Shown here piece after piece: positions 44,583-53,926 of a stretch of 64,000 nucleotides of DNA. The translations under genes were made by a program, and so were the position numbers. The DNA comes from Ruminococcus sp. (GTDB lineage: Bacteria > Bacillota > Clostridia > Oscillospirales > Ruminococcaceae). The notes below the pieces were generated by a model. The model saw only the letters and a program-made list of their open reading frames with translations. It was not told the origin of the DNA and ran no database searches. The first letter of the stretch is position 1. Every line of letters begins with the position of its first letter. Where the stretch lies: assembly GCA_015066815.1 (NCBI GenBank), contig SVNR01000001.1, forward strand, positions 7,215 through 71,214, in the 5' to 3' direction.

Positions 44583-47038
44583 ACTTTTTTACTTTTCCTC
44601 TTTAAAACATGGTTTGTCATCATATACACCACAAGCATTGCAGCTCCGATAAGTGAGATGACCATTCCCCGGTTATATAGCTTTTTGTTTGAATACGTAA
44701 AAACTATATCGTTCTTTCCGGACTCAACCTTTACTGCCATAAAACCATAGTTTGCACGGATTATCTCAGCGTCTCTGCCGTTTACTTCCGCACTCCAGCC
44801 TTCCTCATAAGGAATACTGAAGAAAACAAGGTTTTCACGCTCTGAGTCTACAGATGCATAAAAACTGTTCCTGTCAGTCTTAAACTCCTCACAGGCACTG
44901 TTCCGGCGTTTTTCGCTGTCACTATAATATGTTTCCGAGTCAAGACCTATAATATCATCCTCGGATATAGCCGGCAATATATCACCATAGCGTTCTGCGT
45001 CTTCGTCAGAGAGCACAAGAGCTCTCATCATAACAAGCATTTTCTGAAGGTATTTTTCCTGATAGTTATATTCAGGAGTTTTTCCTATTCCGAACCTGTC
45101 GAAAACATCTTCCTTATTATCAGCTTCCTTTTTTTCTTCAGGATGCTCCTCGCCGTACTTTTCTGTAAACTCATCCAAGGAAGAGCTTCCTATACAATAA
45201 TCATACATAAAACCTATAGGAATATATCCCTTGTTCTCATAAATATGATAACAGGGCTCTTCACCCACCTCATAAAAGCCCTCCATCTTATTCCGGACAA
45301 GTTCAACGTTAAGCTCATCGTTTGTTGACAGACTCATATAATATTTTACCGACAGCAGAGCATAGAGCGGATAATACCTGCTGTCAATATATGCCTTCTG
45401 TGTTCTGCTTATCTCAAACTCATCATAGAAGTCATATACTGAAGACGGTGCCATAGTTATAAAGTTATCCAGTGCCGGAACGTTCCAGAGTATATTTGCA
45501 TTGACAATCTGACCGTCTATACGAAAGTATTCTTCTTCATTATTCAGAATATCAGGCTTTTTCAATACAGATACCGGATATGAATCTGTTGTGGCAGCGT
45601 CAATATTCCTCATATCAGAAACATATATAGTATTAAACAAAAAAATCCCGCCCATCACAAGATACAATAGTCTTTGTTTTTTCTTGTTTTTATATCTGAA
45701 ATAAACAAGATACAGTATCATAACAGCAAGAGCTGCTAAGCCTGCCATTTTCCAGAAGTAAAGCGGATCACAGGCAAATCCGAACCATGCTGTTTTTTCT
45801 ATTACCTGAAACTCCTCATCAAGAGAAGAATCAACCGTTCCGGGAAGACAGGCAAGCAGTCCCAGTAGTCCGAGTCCGGCAAGCGAAAGTCTGATTCCGA
45901 ATGCTATGCTTTTTTCATTATCGTTATCTATCTCTAACGATGTCATAGCTGCCATTATAAGCAAGGGCATATAGAACCATCTTGCGTAAAACTCCTTGTT
46001 GAACATAAAGAAAAAGCTGTTTAAAACAGGGATAAGTGAAACAAAAAGACTTATCACCGTAAGAAGTGAAAAGGAAGAACGCTTGTTCTGTCTGATATGA
46101 GCTAAAACAAAAACGATACCTACAAACGGAAGATAAAGCGATATTGATGTCCATCCGTTTTCACCTTCAAACAAAGAAAATACCCCTGCCTTATCAGGCA
46201 TCATAAAGATGCTCTGAACTATCCTCCAAGGTATAGTAGCATCCGGATATGATATCATATCAAAACCGCTTATAAACTCGGAAACCCTTGAGTTTGACAT
46301 AAGTGATACAACAGACGGATACAGAAGTATTCCGGATAACAAAACTCCGATAACTGCCTCCACTCCAAGTCCCGAGAGCTTCTTAAAAGAAAAATCATAC
46401 TCGCGGGAAACGCACTTTATCACAAAGTAAATTATCAGAAAAACCGCCTGACCATAAAAGAAAAATGCGTTGAGTGCTGCCATATATGCCACTGTCAGAG
46501 CAAAAAAAGCTTTTTTGTTTTCTTTCATATACATATCCATAGACAGAAGCATCAGAGGAAACCATGCGGTTATATCGTGAAAGGAGCCGAAAACAAAACT
46601 GAAGGTCTGAAAGCCTGAAAAAGCATAGAGAAGTGAACCGATGACTGCAGAGTCATCAGTACGTGTATATCTTCTTATATATATGTATGACGTGAGCGCT
46701 GCTACAGCTGTCTTGAGAGCGGTTATCACCGGAAGTATTAAAACCGCAGCGTTTACAGAGCGCACAAGAAAAAGAAACCAGAAAAAAGGCGTTGTGATAA
46801 TATGCGAGTATGATAAAAACGTATCTCCGCCAAGTCCTGTCACAAAGTCCCATCCTGAAAACCCAGAACGGAATATATCAAAACAATGTGCGTTAAATAT
46901 AATATGCTGAAAATTATAATCCCCCATATATATAAAGTACCCGCCATCTGTTATCATAGCGGGAAGCATTATCATCATCATCAGAAAAAAGCTTATGACA
47001 AAAGCTTTGGTGTATGATTTCTTAAAAACAGTACCCAT
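44579..47038 (-). CDS. YfhO-family (GT-C) polytopic glycosyltransferase 2
   Basis: GDYNFQH; LYAFSG; YARWFY; FSIPYEEGWSAEVNG...ANYGFMAV. Confidence 0.82.
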   Translation of the reverse strand: MGTVFKKSYTKAFVISFFLMMMIMLPAMITDGGYFIYMGDYNFQHIIFNAHCFDIFRSGFSGWDFVTGLGGDTFLSYSHIITTPFFWFLFLVRSVNAAVLILPVITALKTAVAALTSYIYIRRYTRTDDSAVIGSLLYAFSGFQTFSFVFGSFHDITAWFPLMLLSMDMYMKENKKAFFALTVAYMAALNAFFFYGQAVFLIIYFVIKCVSREYDFSFKKLSGLGVEAVIGVLLSGILLYPSVVSLMSNSRVSEFISGFDMISYPDATIPWRIVQSIFMMPDKAGVFSLFEGENGWTSISLYLPFVGIVFVLAHIRQNKRSSFSLLTVISLFVSLIPVLNSFFFMFNKEFYARWFYMPLLIMAAMTSLEIDNDNEKSIAFGIRLSLAGLGLLGLLACLPGTVDSSLDEEFQVIEKTAWFGFACDPLYFWKMAGLAALAVMILYLVYFRYKNKKKQRLLYLVMGGIFLFNTIYVSDMRNIDAATTDSYPVSVLKKPDILNNEEEYFRIDGQIVNANILWNVPALDNFITMAPSSVYDFYDEFEISRTQKAYIDSRYYPLYALLSVKYYMSLSTNDELNVELVRNKMEGFYEVGEEPCYHIYENKGYIPIGFMYDYCIGSSSLDEFTEKYGEEHPEEKKEADNKEDVFDRFGIGKTPEYNYQEKYLQKMLVMMRALVLSDEDAERYGDILPAISEDDIIGLDSETYYSDSEKRRNSACEEFKTDRNSFYASVDSERENLVFFSIPYEEGWSAEVNGRDAEIIRANYGFMAVKVESGKNDIVFTYSNKKLYNRGMVISLIGAAMLVVYMMTNHVLKRKSKKV

Positions 47039-47058
47039 AAAATTTCCTTTTCCAATAA

Positions 47059-47100
47059 ATAAGACTACAGTAAAGTTTTTAGCTCTTACTGTAGTCTTAT
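47059..47100 (-). terminator. Hairpin between pilin and yfhO2 (weak U-tract)
   Basis: 15-bp stem ataagactacagtaa/ttactgtagtcttat. Confidence 0.6.
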
Positions 47101-47144
47101 AGTCAAATAAATTAAATATGCGCTGTTATACAGTCAACTGACTA

Positions 47145-47630
47145 TTACCAGCTTGCACCCTGAGATGCACTACCAACCTGTGCGCTATTGAATGTTCTTG
47201 CTGAATCAGTCGGGCATGGATTTGGATAACCACCCATGTATGTTGTACCGTTTGATGAGAAGATAGCTGCTTCAACAATACCTGTGTTAATCTGTACTGC
47301 CCATCTAGCACTTGCGTTTGTACCAGTAGCTGCTGCGCTTACTTCGGCTATAAAGCTCTTTGTTGTGCCACCGAGGGTATATGATTGATCAGTACCAGCA
47401 TTACCACTATCAATAGTAGCCGTAATAACTGTACCAGCTGTCTCAGCTTCCTGAGATATAGTCTGAGCATTTGTAAAGATTGTCTTAGCGTTTGAGTTAG
47501 CTGCGTTGATGGATGACTTTCTTACCCAGTTCATCATTGTAGGAACAAGGATAGCTGCAAGTACACCGATGATAGCGATAACAACGATAAGCTCGATAAG
47601 TGTAAAACCTTTAAAATTTCTCTTTTTCAT
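47145..47630 (-). CDS. Type IV major pilin 1 (CbpC/GP25-like), Ser/Thr/Ala-rich
   Basis: KG|FTLIELIVVIAIIGVLAAILVP class III signal; RBS aggagg. Confidence 0.92.
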   Translation of the reverse strand: MKKRNFKGFTLIELIVVIAIIGVLAAILVPTMMNWVRKSSINAANSNAKTIFTNAQTISQEAETAGTVITATIDSGNAGTDQSYTLGGTTKSFIAEVSAAATGTNASARWAVQINTGIVEAAIFSSNGTTYMGGYPNPCPTDSARTFNSAQVGSASQGASW

Positions 47631-47753
47631 GATAAATTTCCTCCTAAAATATAATAAAAATATTTTTTATTTTACGTTTTCATATGTACTGTACTGCATA
47701 AAGCTCATGACGTCCTGAACTTATCTGCGGTACTTCCTGTACCCTATGTTCAT

Positions 47754-47782
47754 ATTATATCACTGCTCTTTTTGTTTGTCAA
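47754..47782 (-). promoter_or_regulatory. Consensus sigmaA promoter of pilin 1
   Basis: TTGACA-17-TATAAT with TG extension. Confidence 0.85.
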
Positions 47783-47897
47783 CGGAAAACGCTTCCGAAA
47801 AAGCAAGATTGTATGATTGGTGAAAATATTCAAAACTTAAACGTTTAAGTTCGTTTCGTTTAATACAGTTTGTATAATTCATGAAGTTTTGTAGCTG

Positions 47898-47960
47898 TAT
47901 CATAAACCAGAAAAAAGCAGTGCGGAGCATTTCCGCACTGCTTTTTTCTGGTTTATGATA
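47898..47960. terminator. 29-bp perfect inverted repeat at the pilin 2 stop
   Basis: tatcataaaccagaaaaaagcagtgcgga-gcatt-tccgcactgcttttttctggtttatgata. Confidence 0.75.
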
Positions 47961-48471
47961 TCTTTTTTGTATCCCATGCCTTCGAAAGATCCGTTCCGAT
48001 GGCACAGTCAATATAGTCTTCTATATTTCCTCCTGTCATCCTGAACTCCTTGTTTGTCGGGCACTGCACAGGAAAACCTCCGACTGTAGAACAGCCATTG
48101 CCTGAAAGCACAACAGCCTTGACTGTGCTTTCTTCTATCTTTGCAGCCCACTCAACATCTGACATATCTGTAAGTGCTTCGTTTATTGACTGGAACTTAG
48201 ATATAAGAGTAGCATCTGTTACTCCGGTTATATTTCCGGCAGTGTCACATACTATAGTACAGTCAGGCACCGCTATGCCCTCGTTGGTACTCATATCCGT
48301 AAGAAGCACCTGCAGCTGAGTACAAACCTCGCTTGCGTTGTTGTTGTATGTTGTTATCCTCGACTTGAACACCCAGTTCATCATTACAGGTACAAGTATA
48401 GCGGCGAGCACCCCGATGATAGCGATAACAACAATAAGTTCGATAAGTGTAAATCCCTTTAGTTTTTTCAT
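47953..48471 (-). CDS. Type IV pilin 2
   Basis: MKKLKG|FTLIELIVVIAIIGVLAAILVP; GGFPVQCP echoes GGYPNPCP of pilin 1. Confidence 0.9.
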   Translation of the reverse strand: MKKLKGFTLIELIVVIAIIGVLAAILVPVMMNWVFKSRITTYNNNASEVCTQLQVLLTDMSTNEGIAVPDCTIVCDTAGNITGVTDATLISKFQSINEALTDMSDVEWAAKIEESTVKAVVLSGNGCSTVGGFPVQCPTNKEFRMTGGNIEDYIDCAIGTDLSKAWDTKKIS

Positions 48472-48548
48472 TTGCAATTCCCCCTTCTGTTTATAAAACA
48501 AAAACAAATCTGTCTTTAAAAAAAATTTGTTCCTTTTTATTTGCTTAA

Positions 48549-48577
48549 ATTATATCACCGAAGCCCTTTTATGTCAA
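48549..48577 (-). promoter_or_regulatory. Consensus sigmaA promoter of pilin 2
   Basis: TTGACA-17-TATAAT with TG extension. Confidence 0.85.
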
Positions 48578-48718
48578 TGTTTTCTTTGCTTTATCACTAA
48601 AGTTTAGCAACTTAGACAAGGATACATCAGTTTTTTATACTTCTGTTTATGCTTAATGAAAAAAACAGTCTGCATGACACCTTTAGTGTCACACAAACTG
48701 TTTTATAAAATCTATCTA

Positions 48719-49789
48719 TCAGTCTCCTGCGTTAAGGAATCTATAGAACTCAAGCTTATCCTGACACTTATCAAGAGCGTCCGCTTCGCGGATAACTCCC
48801 TGTCTTACCATACGGGCAAGCTCCTGGTCAAGACACATCATGCCGAACTGACGTCCGGTCTGGATAGCAGACTGAATAAGATGAACCTTGTTGTCTCTTA
48901 TCATAGCAGAGCAGGCATCTGTTACGTTGAGTATCTCCATGGCTGCTATACGACCCTTGCCGTCAGCCTTAGGAATAAGAGTCTGTGCCATGATACCTAC
49001 AAGAACGTTTGCAAGCTGTGTTCTGATCTGACTCTGCTGGTATTCCGGATAAACGTCGATGATACGGTTGATAGTATCAGCAGCACTTGTTGTATGAAGG
49101 GTCGAGAGCACAAGATGTCCTGTTTCCGCTGCTGTTACGGCTGCAGTAACTGTTTCAAGGTCACGCATTTCTCCAACGAGGATTATGTCCGGGTCCTCAC
49201 GGAGAGCAGATCTGAGGGCACCTGCAAAGTCCGGAACGTCAGGGCCTATCTCACGCTGGTTTACCATGCAGCGCTTGTGTTCATGAACATACTCGATAGG
49301 ATCTTCTATAGTGATTATATGTGCGCTTTTGTTGAGGTTGGCATAGTCAAGCATAGCTGCGAGGGATGTTGACTTACCTGAACCTGTAGGTCCTGTTACA
49401 AGAACAAGTCCTCTCGGTCTCATGGCAAAGTCTGCGAGTATCGGCGGAAGACCAAGGTCCTCAAGTGTAGGAATATCGTTTCTGAGAAGACGAAGAGCTA
49501 TAGCTGTGTGGTTTCTCTGACGGAAAACGTTGACTCTGTGACGGTAGCCTCTCTTTGTAACATATGAGAAGTCACAGTCAAGATGCTGATGAAGTCTTCC
49601 CTTGAGTTCATCAGGGCATATCTTCTCTGCAACGTCAGAGATGGATTCTTCATCCATAAGCTCATATGAGCTGAGCTTTCTGAGAGCACCGTTGAGTCTT
49701 ACTACAGGTGCCATACCATATGTAAAGTGAAGGTCGGAACAACCGAGCACTCTGGCTTCGTCGAGTATCTTATCAATATCTATTAACAT
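48719..49789 (-). CDS. pilT: Type IV pilus retraction ATPase
   Basis: SDLHF, TGPTGSGKSTSL, TIEDPIE, ALREDPD.ILVGEMRD, TLHT. Confidence 0.95.
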   Translation of the reverse strand: MLIDIDKILDEARVLGCSDLHFTYGMAPVVRLNGALRKLSSYELMDEESISDVAEKICPDELKGRLHQHLDCDFSYVTKRGYRHRVNVFRQRNHTAIALRLLRNDIPTLEDLGLPPILADFAMRPRGLVLVTGPTGSGKSTSLAAMLDYANLNKSAHIITIEDPIEYVHEHKRCMVNQREIGPDVPDFAGALRSALREDPDIILVGEMRDLETVTAAVTAAETGHLVLSTLHTTSAADTINRIIDVYPEYQQSQIRTQLANVLVGIMAQTLIPKADGKGRIAAMEILNVTDACSAMIRDNKVHLIQSAIQTGRQFGMMCLDQELARMVRQGVIREADALDKCQDKLEFYRFLNAGD

Positions 49790-49847
49790 TAAAAACAAAC
49801 CTCCGTTTTTATAGTATACTCATACCTCTTTTTTAAGCTATGATGTT

Positions 49848-51518
49848 TTATACAGAATATGTAACACGAACAAGCTCGTCGATAGTTGTTCTACCGGCCT
49901 GAACAAGCTCGGATACGTTATCACGGAGAAGTCTTGTTCCGTTTCTTTTTGCAGCCTCTTCAAGCTGTTCCTTGCCGGCACTCTCTGCGATAAGTGTTGA
50001 TATACCTGATGTACAGTGAATGATCTCGTGGATAGCAGTTCTTCCCTTGTAGCCTGTGTTGTTACACTCAGGACAACCTACCGCGTCAAATATCTGTACA
50101 GACTCTGAGATATGCATAAGCTTGTTTTCTTCTTCGTTTGACATTCTTGGTCTGCGGCACTTAGGGCATATAACCTTAACGAGACGCTGCGCAACAACAC
50201 CGATAAGTGAAGTAGCAACCATGTACGGAGCAACACCCATATCGATAAGACGAACGATAGTAGAAGCTGCGTCGTTTGTATGAAGTGTCGAGAGCACAAG
50301 GTGACCTGTGATAGCGGCTCTGATAGCGATATCTGCTGTTTCGGAGTCACGCATCTCACCGATCATTACGATATCAGGGTCCTGACGGAGAATAGATCTC
50401 AGTGCTGCCGAGAAGGTCATTCCTGCCTTGGAGTTTACCTGACACTGGTTGATGCCTTCGATGTTCTTTTCGACCGGGTCTTCTACAGTAACAACGTTTA
50501 CGTGAGGCTTTGCTATTTCACCGAGAGCAGCGTAAAGAGTTGTTGTCTTACCGCTACCGGTAGGTCCTGTAACGAGCATAACGCCGTGAGGACACTTGAG
50601 CATGCTTTCGAACATTCTGTAGTTGTATTCACTCATACCGAGGTCTGTAATCTTACGGAGAGCTATCTGACCTGTAGAAAGAATTCGGATAACTATCTTT
50701 TCGCCGTTTACTGTAGGAAGTGAGGATACACGGACATCAAGCTCCGTACCGTCAACCACCTGTGAGAAACGTCCGTCCTGAGGAATACGCTTTTCTGCGA
50801 TGTTCATACCGCTTATAAGCTTGATACGTGTTGAGAGCGCGTTGTGTACTGAGTTCGAAACGCTCATAAGCTCTATAAGGTCGCCGTTTACACGGATACG
50901 GATTCTTGTAAAGGTCTTGAACGGTTCGATATGAATATCTGTCGCTTCTGCTCTGAACGAGTTTTCTACTATGGTTGTAGCGAGCTTAACGATAGGAGCG
51001 CTCTCTACTCTTTCCTTTGACTCTTCATCATTGAGCGCTTCTGAGCCGAACTGACTGAGGCTTTCGTTTACGCTGTCGATGTTAGCCATTGTGTACTTGT
51101 CACCAATAGCCTTGTTGATAGCCGAACGTGTTGCGAGTACAGGAATGGTATCCATACCTGTAATGACCTTTACATCTTCGAGAATATTGAAGTTGATAGG
51201 ATCATCAGTAGCAACTGTAAGTCTCTTGCCCACGATATCGATAGCGATAACGGTATGCTTCTTTGCGAGTGATTCAGGGATCTTGCTTACAGCTTCATCG
51301 TCGATCTTGAATGTCTGAAGATCCACATACGGAACCTTGAGCTTTCCTGCAAGCGCCTGTGCAAACTTGATCTCGGACATATAGCCCATCTCAACTATCA
51401 CTTCACCAAAACGCTTCTGACCCTGAGCTTCACGCTGAGCAAAAAGAACTCTCTCAAGCTGCTCGTTAGAAATCATGTTCTGTTCAACAAGATATTGACC
51501 TATTGGTATGTTTCTCAT
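49848..51518 (-). CDS. pilB: Type IV pilus assembly ATPase with N-terminal MshEN-like domain
   Basis: TDIHIEP, PQDGR, GPTGSGKTTTLY, LRQDPD, C-x2-C zinc motifs. Confidence 0.95.
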   Translation of the reverse strand: MRNIPIGQYLVEQNMISNEQLERVLFAQREAQGQKRFGEVIVEMGYMSEIKFAQALAGKLKVPYVDLQTFKIDDEAVSKIPESLAKKHTVIAIDIVGKRLTVATDDPINFNILEDVKVITGMDTIPVLATRSAINKAIGDKYTMANIDSVNESLSQFGSEALNDEESKERVESAPIVKLATTIVENSFRAEATDIHIEPFKTFTRIRIRVNGDLIELMSVSNSVHNALSTRIKLISGMNIAEKRIPQDGRFSQVVDGTELDVRVSSLPTVNGEKIVIRILSTGQIALRKITDLGMSEYNYRMFESMLKCPHGVMLVTGPTGSGKTTTLYAALGEIAKPHVNVVTVEDPVEKNIEGINQCQVNSKAGMTFSAALRSILRQDPDIVMIGEMRDSETADIAIRAAITGHLVLSTLHTNDAASTIVRLIDMGVAPYMVATSLIGVVAQRLVKVICPKCRRPRMSNEEENKLMHISESVQIFDAVGCPECNNTGYKGRTAIHEIIHCTSGISTLIAESAGKEQLEEAAKRNGTRLLRDNVSELVQAGRTTIDELVRVTYSV

Positions 51519-51555
51519 AACCGGACTCCAACTCCTTAATAAAAATTATTTTTTC

Positions 51556-51584
51556 TTGAATATTATTGGCTTTTATGTTAGAAT
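51556..51584 (+). promoter_or_regulatory. sigmaA promoter of pilD
   Basis: TTGAAT-17-TAGAAT. Confidence 0.65.
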
Positions 51585-51619
51585 GATGATATAAAAAATA
51601 AACAAGGAGGATCAAAAAC

Positions 51620-52468
51620 ATGATCTACTTTCGATTTCTTGATATAAGAGCTTATCTTATCGCTTATATCATCATTTCATTTTTCGGCTTGTGTATAGGC
51701 AGCTTTCTCAATGTCTGCATATACCGTCTGCCGCGAAACGAGTCTCTTATCAAAAGAAACTCACACTGCACGACCTGCGGAACAAAAATAAAGGCTTATG
51801 ATCTTATCCCCGTTTTCAGCTGGCTTCTTCTCAGAGGAAAATGCCGCAGCTGCGGTGAAAAGATATCCGGACGATATCCTCTCGTTGAGAGTATCAACTG
51901 GATAGCTTACCTTCTTGTACTTACCTTTGTTGATGTTCTGAACTACCCTGTACATGCAGTCATCACTGCACTTTTCTTTTCTGTACTTATAGTTATAGGC
52001 TTCATTGACTACGATACAATGGAGATATATCCGAGTCATCTTCTGCTTATCGTTGTTCTCGCTGCTGCATCTGCTTTGTTTTCAGACACTGTAAGTATTT
52101 CCGAACGAATAATCGGCGGTCTCTCTATAAGCGTTCCGTTTTTTATCATCGGTGAAGTTTCCGCTGTTATCATAAAAAAGAAAACAGGAGAAAGATACCG
52201 CGGAATAGAACTCGGAGATACACTGCTCATGCTGTGTGCAGGACTTCTTGTAGGTACTAAGTGCATATGCGCTTCAGCACTTATAGGAATCTTTGCGGCA
52301 GCAGTCATCGGAATTATAAACAAAGCAAAGGGCAAGGATTCAAAGTTTGCTTTTGGTCCGTTCCTTGCTTTCGGACTTGTTATAGGTTCACTGTTCGGTG
52401 AACACATAATCGACTGGTACTTAGGGCTTTTTGAATACCCCGAAGTTTACAGTGCTTTTATTGTGTAA
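51620..52468 (+). CDS. pilD: Prepilin peptidase/methyltransferase
   Basis: GSFLNVCIYRLP, SHCTTC...CRSC, FIDYD, GDTLL, AFGPFL. Confidence 0.93.
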   Translation: MIYFRFLDIRAYLIAYIIISFFGLCIGSFLNVCIYRLPRNESLIKRNSHCTTCGTKIKAYDLIPVFSWLLLRGKCRSCGEKISGRYPLVESINWIAYLLVLTFVDVLNYPVHAVITALFFSVLIVIGFIDYDTMEIYPSHLLLIVVLAAASALFSDTVSISERIIGGLSISVPFFIIGEVSAVIIKKKTGERYRGIELGDTLLMLCAGLLVGTKCICASALIGIFAAAVIGIINKAKGKDSKFAFGPFLAFGLVIGSLFGEHIIDWYLGLFEYPEVYSAFIV

Positions 52469-52493
52469 CTCATAACTAATCTTAAAAAATATT

Positions 52494-52526
52494 ACAGGCA
52501 GTCTTTGCAGTGCGGAGACTGCCTGT
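52494..52526. terminator. Bidirectional terminator
   Basis: acaggcagtct/agactgcctgt between convergent genes. Confidence 0.7.
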
Positions 52527-52538
52527 TTTACTTACTGA

Positions 52539-53561
52539 TTATTTTTTAATCTCTCTTTCGATAACAGGTGACTTGGTAAATATAATATAAAAGTCTTCTG
52601 CAGCAGCGCCTGCTTTCGAAAGCTTTGTTGAGTTTGTTTTTGTGTTATCATACCACTCAAACCTTCTTACATCCTCGTTCGGAAAGTGTTTGTCTTCAGT
52701 AAACTCTATAGTTTCAACACTTATAGCACCTGTATTGTTAAGAAGGTTCTTAAGCTTGAACGAAATAGTTCTGTTAAGATATGCATCACTGACTGTTGCA
52801 TTTGCAAGATCTGTCTTGATAGCTTCTTTTTTGAACATCTTCATGCCCATGGCAAAGTTGGATGGTGATATCCTGCCTGCATCCACAGAAGCCTCATCGA
52901 GATCAACAAACATGTTCTTGGTCACCGTAGTTCCGTGTTCATCCGTAACAGATGCTTCAGAAAGCGTCTGGAGAGTAATGTTAAACACATAGTCATCATA
53001 ATAATCTGCTTTTATTCCCCATCTGCGACTTGGAGCTTCTTCGGTCCCCCCGACAAACTTTCTGAGCGTCACTGTACCAAGATCCGATGAAACAGGTACG
53101 ATAGCCGAACCGGAAAAAACAGACGCAGCCGGATTATCTACACAGAGTACATAGACTTCGTCTTTTCCCTTGAACTTTGCATAGGGATATATACGTTCCT
53201 TGGTAACGTTTTTCTTAACTCCGCCATCAGTTACTTCCTGTGTTGTAGGATCAAAATAATATTTTTTTCTGAACTCGTTTACCTGATACTCAACAGAGTT
53301 TTCAAGTGTTGCAGTCGGATCGTCGACAAGAGCCATGTTTGTGTATACGTTCATACGATCTGCATATCTGAGATTATCCTCAACAAATCTTCGAAGGTCT
53401 TCACTTATAGACTGCTTATCTGCTTCATCAAACGCTCTCGAATAAGTTTTGTTGATAGGCCCTAACAGTCCTAAAACAACTACCATGATAAGCCCGAACA
53501 AAGCCACTACAACTATCATCTCAACGAGAGTAAAACCCTTAAGCTTTTCTTTTTTTAGCAT
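52539..53561 (-). CDS. Minor pilin (PilW-like)
   Basis: KG|FTLVEMIVVVALFG. Confidence 0.8.
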   Translation of the reverse strand: MLKKEKLKGFTLVEMIVVVALFGLIMVVVLGLLGPINKTYSRAFDEADKQSISEDLRRFVEDNLRYADRMNVYTNMALVDDPTATLENSVEYQVNEFRKKYYFDPTTQEVTDGGVKKNVTKERIYPYAKFKGKDEVYVLCVDNPAASVFSGSAIVPVSSDLGTVTLRKFVGGTEEAPSRRWGIKADYYDDYVFNITLQTLSEASVTDEHGTTVTKNMFVDLDEASVDAGRISPSNFAMGMKMFKKEAIKTDLANATVSDAYLNRTISFKLKNLLNNTGAISVETIEFTEDKHFPNEDVRRFEWYDNTKTNSTKLSKAGAAAEDFYIIFTKSPVIEREIKK

Positions 53562-53578
53562 TGTTTATTCTCCTCCCG

Positions 53579-53908
53579 TTACTTATGCGGTACAAAATAT
53601 CTGTAGTTTCCTACCCGGTCCTTAGCAGACTCTTCGATCCTGACCTCATAGCTGTCCACCTCGAGTGAAGCTTTTGTTCCGTCAAGCTTTATCGTCATAG
53701 TCGATGTCATGTTTCCGTCAACCTGAGTAGCTGCATATGGTGCCTGAACGGCATTTTTTTTCGATACGCTCTGAGCTATACGCATGTTGCTTACAGCACT
53801 TACAGCACCAATGACGAGCATGGTTGAAAGCAGTACCATTATCGCAACAGCAACTATTACCTCCATAAGAGTCATACCCTTAAGCTTTTTCTTCTTTTCT
53901 GTCTTCAT
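53579..53908 (-). CDS. Minor pilin (PilV-like)
   Basis: KG|MTLMEVIVAVAIMV. Confidence 0.8.
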   Translation of the reverse strand: MKTEKKKKLKGMTLMEVIVAVAIMVLLSTMLVIGAVSAVSNMRIAQSVSKKNAVQAPYAATQVDGNMTSTMTIKLDGTKASLEVDSYEVRIEESAKDRVGNYRYFVPHK

Positions 53909-53926
53909 TTACCATCACTCTCCTCA

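Noticed and set aside
48656-49372. 238-aa plus-strand ORF
   Set aside because: Antisense shadow of pilT
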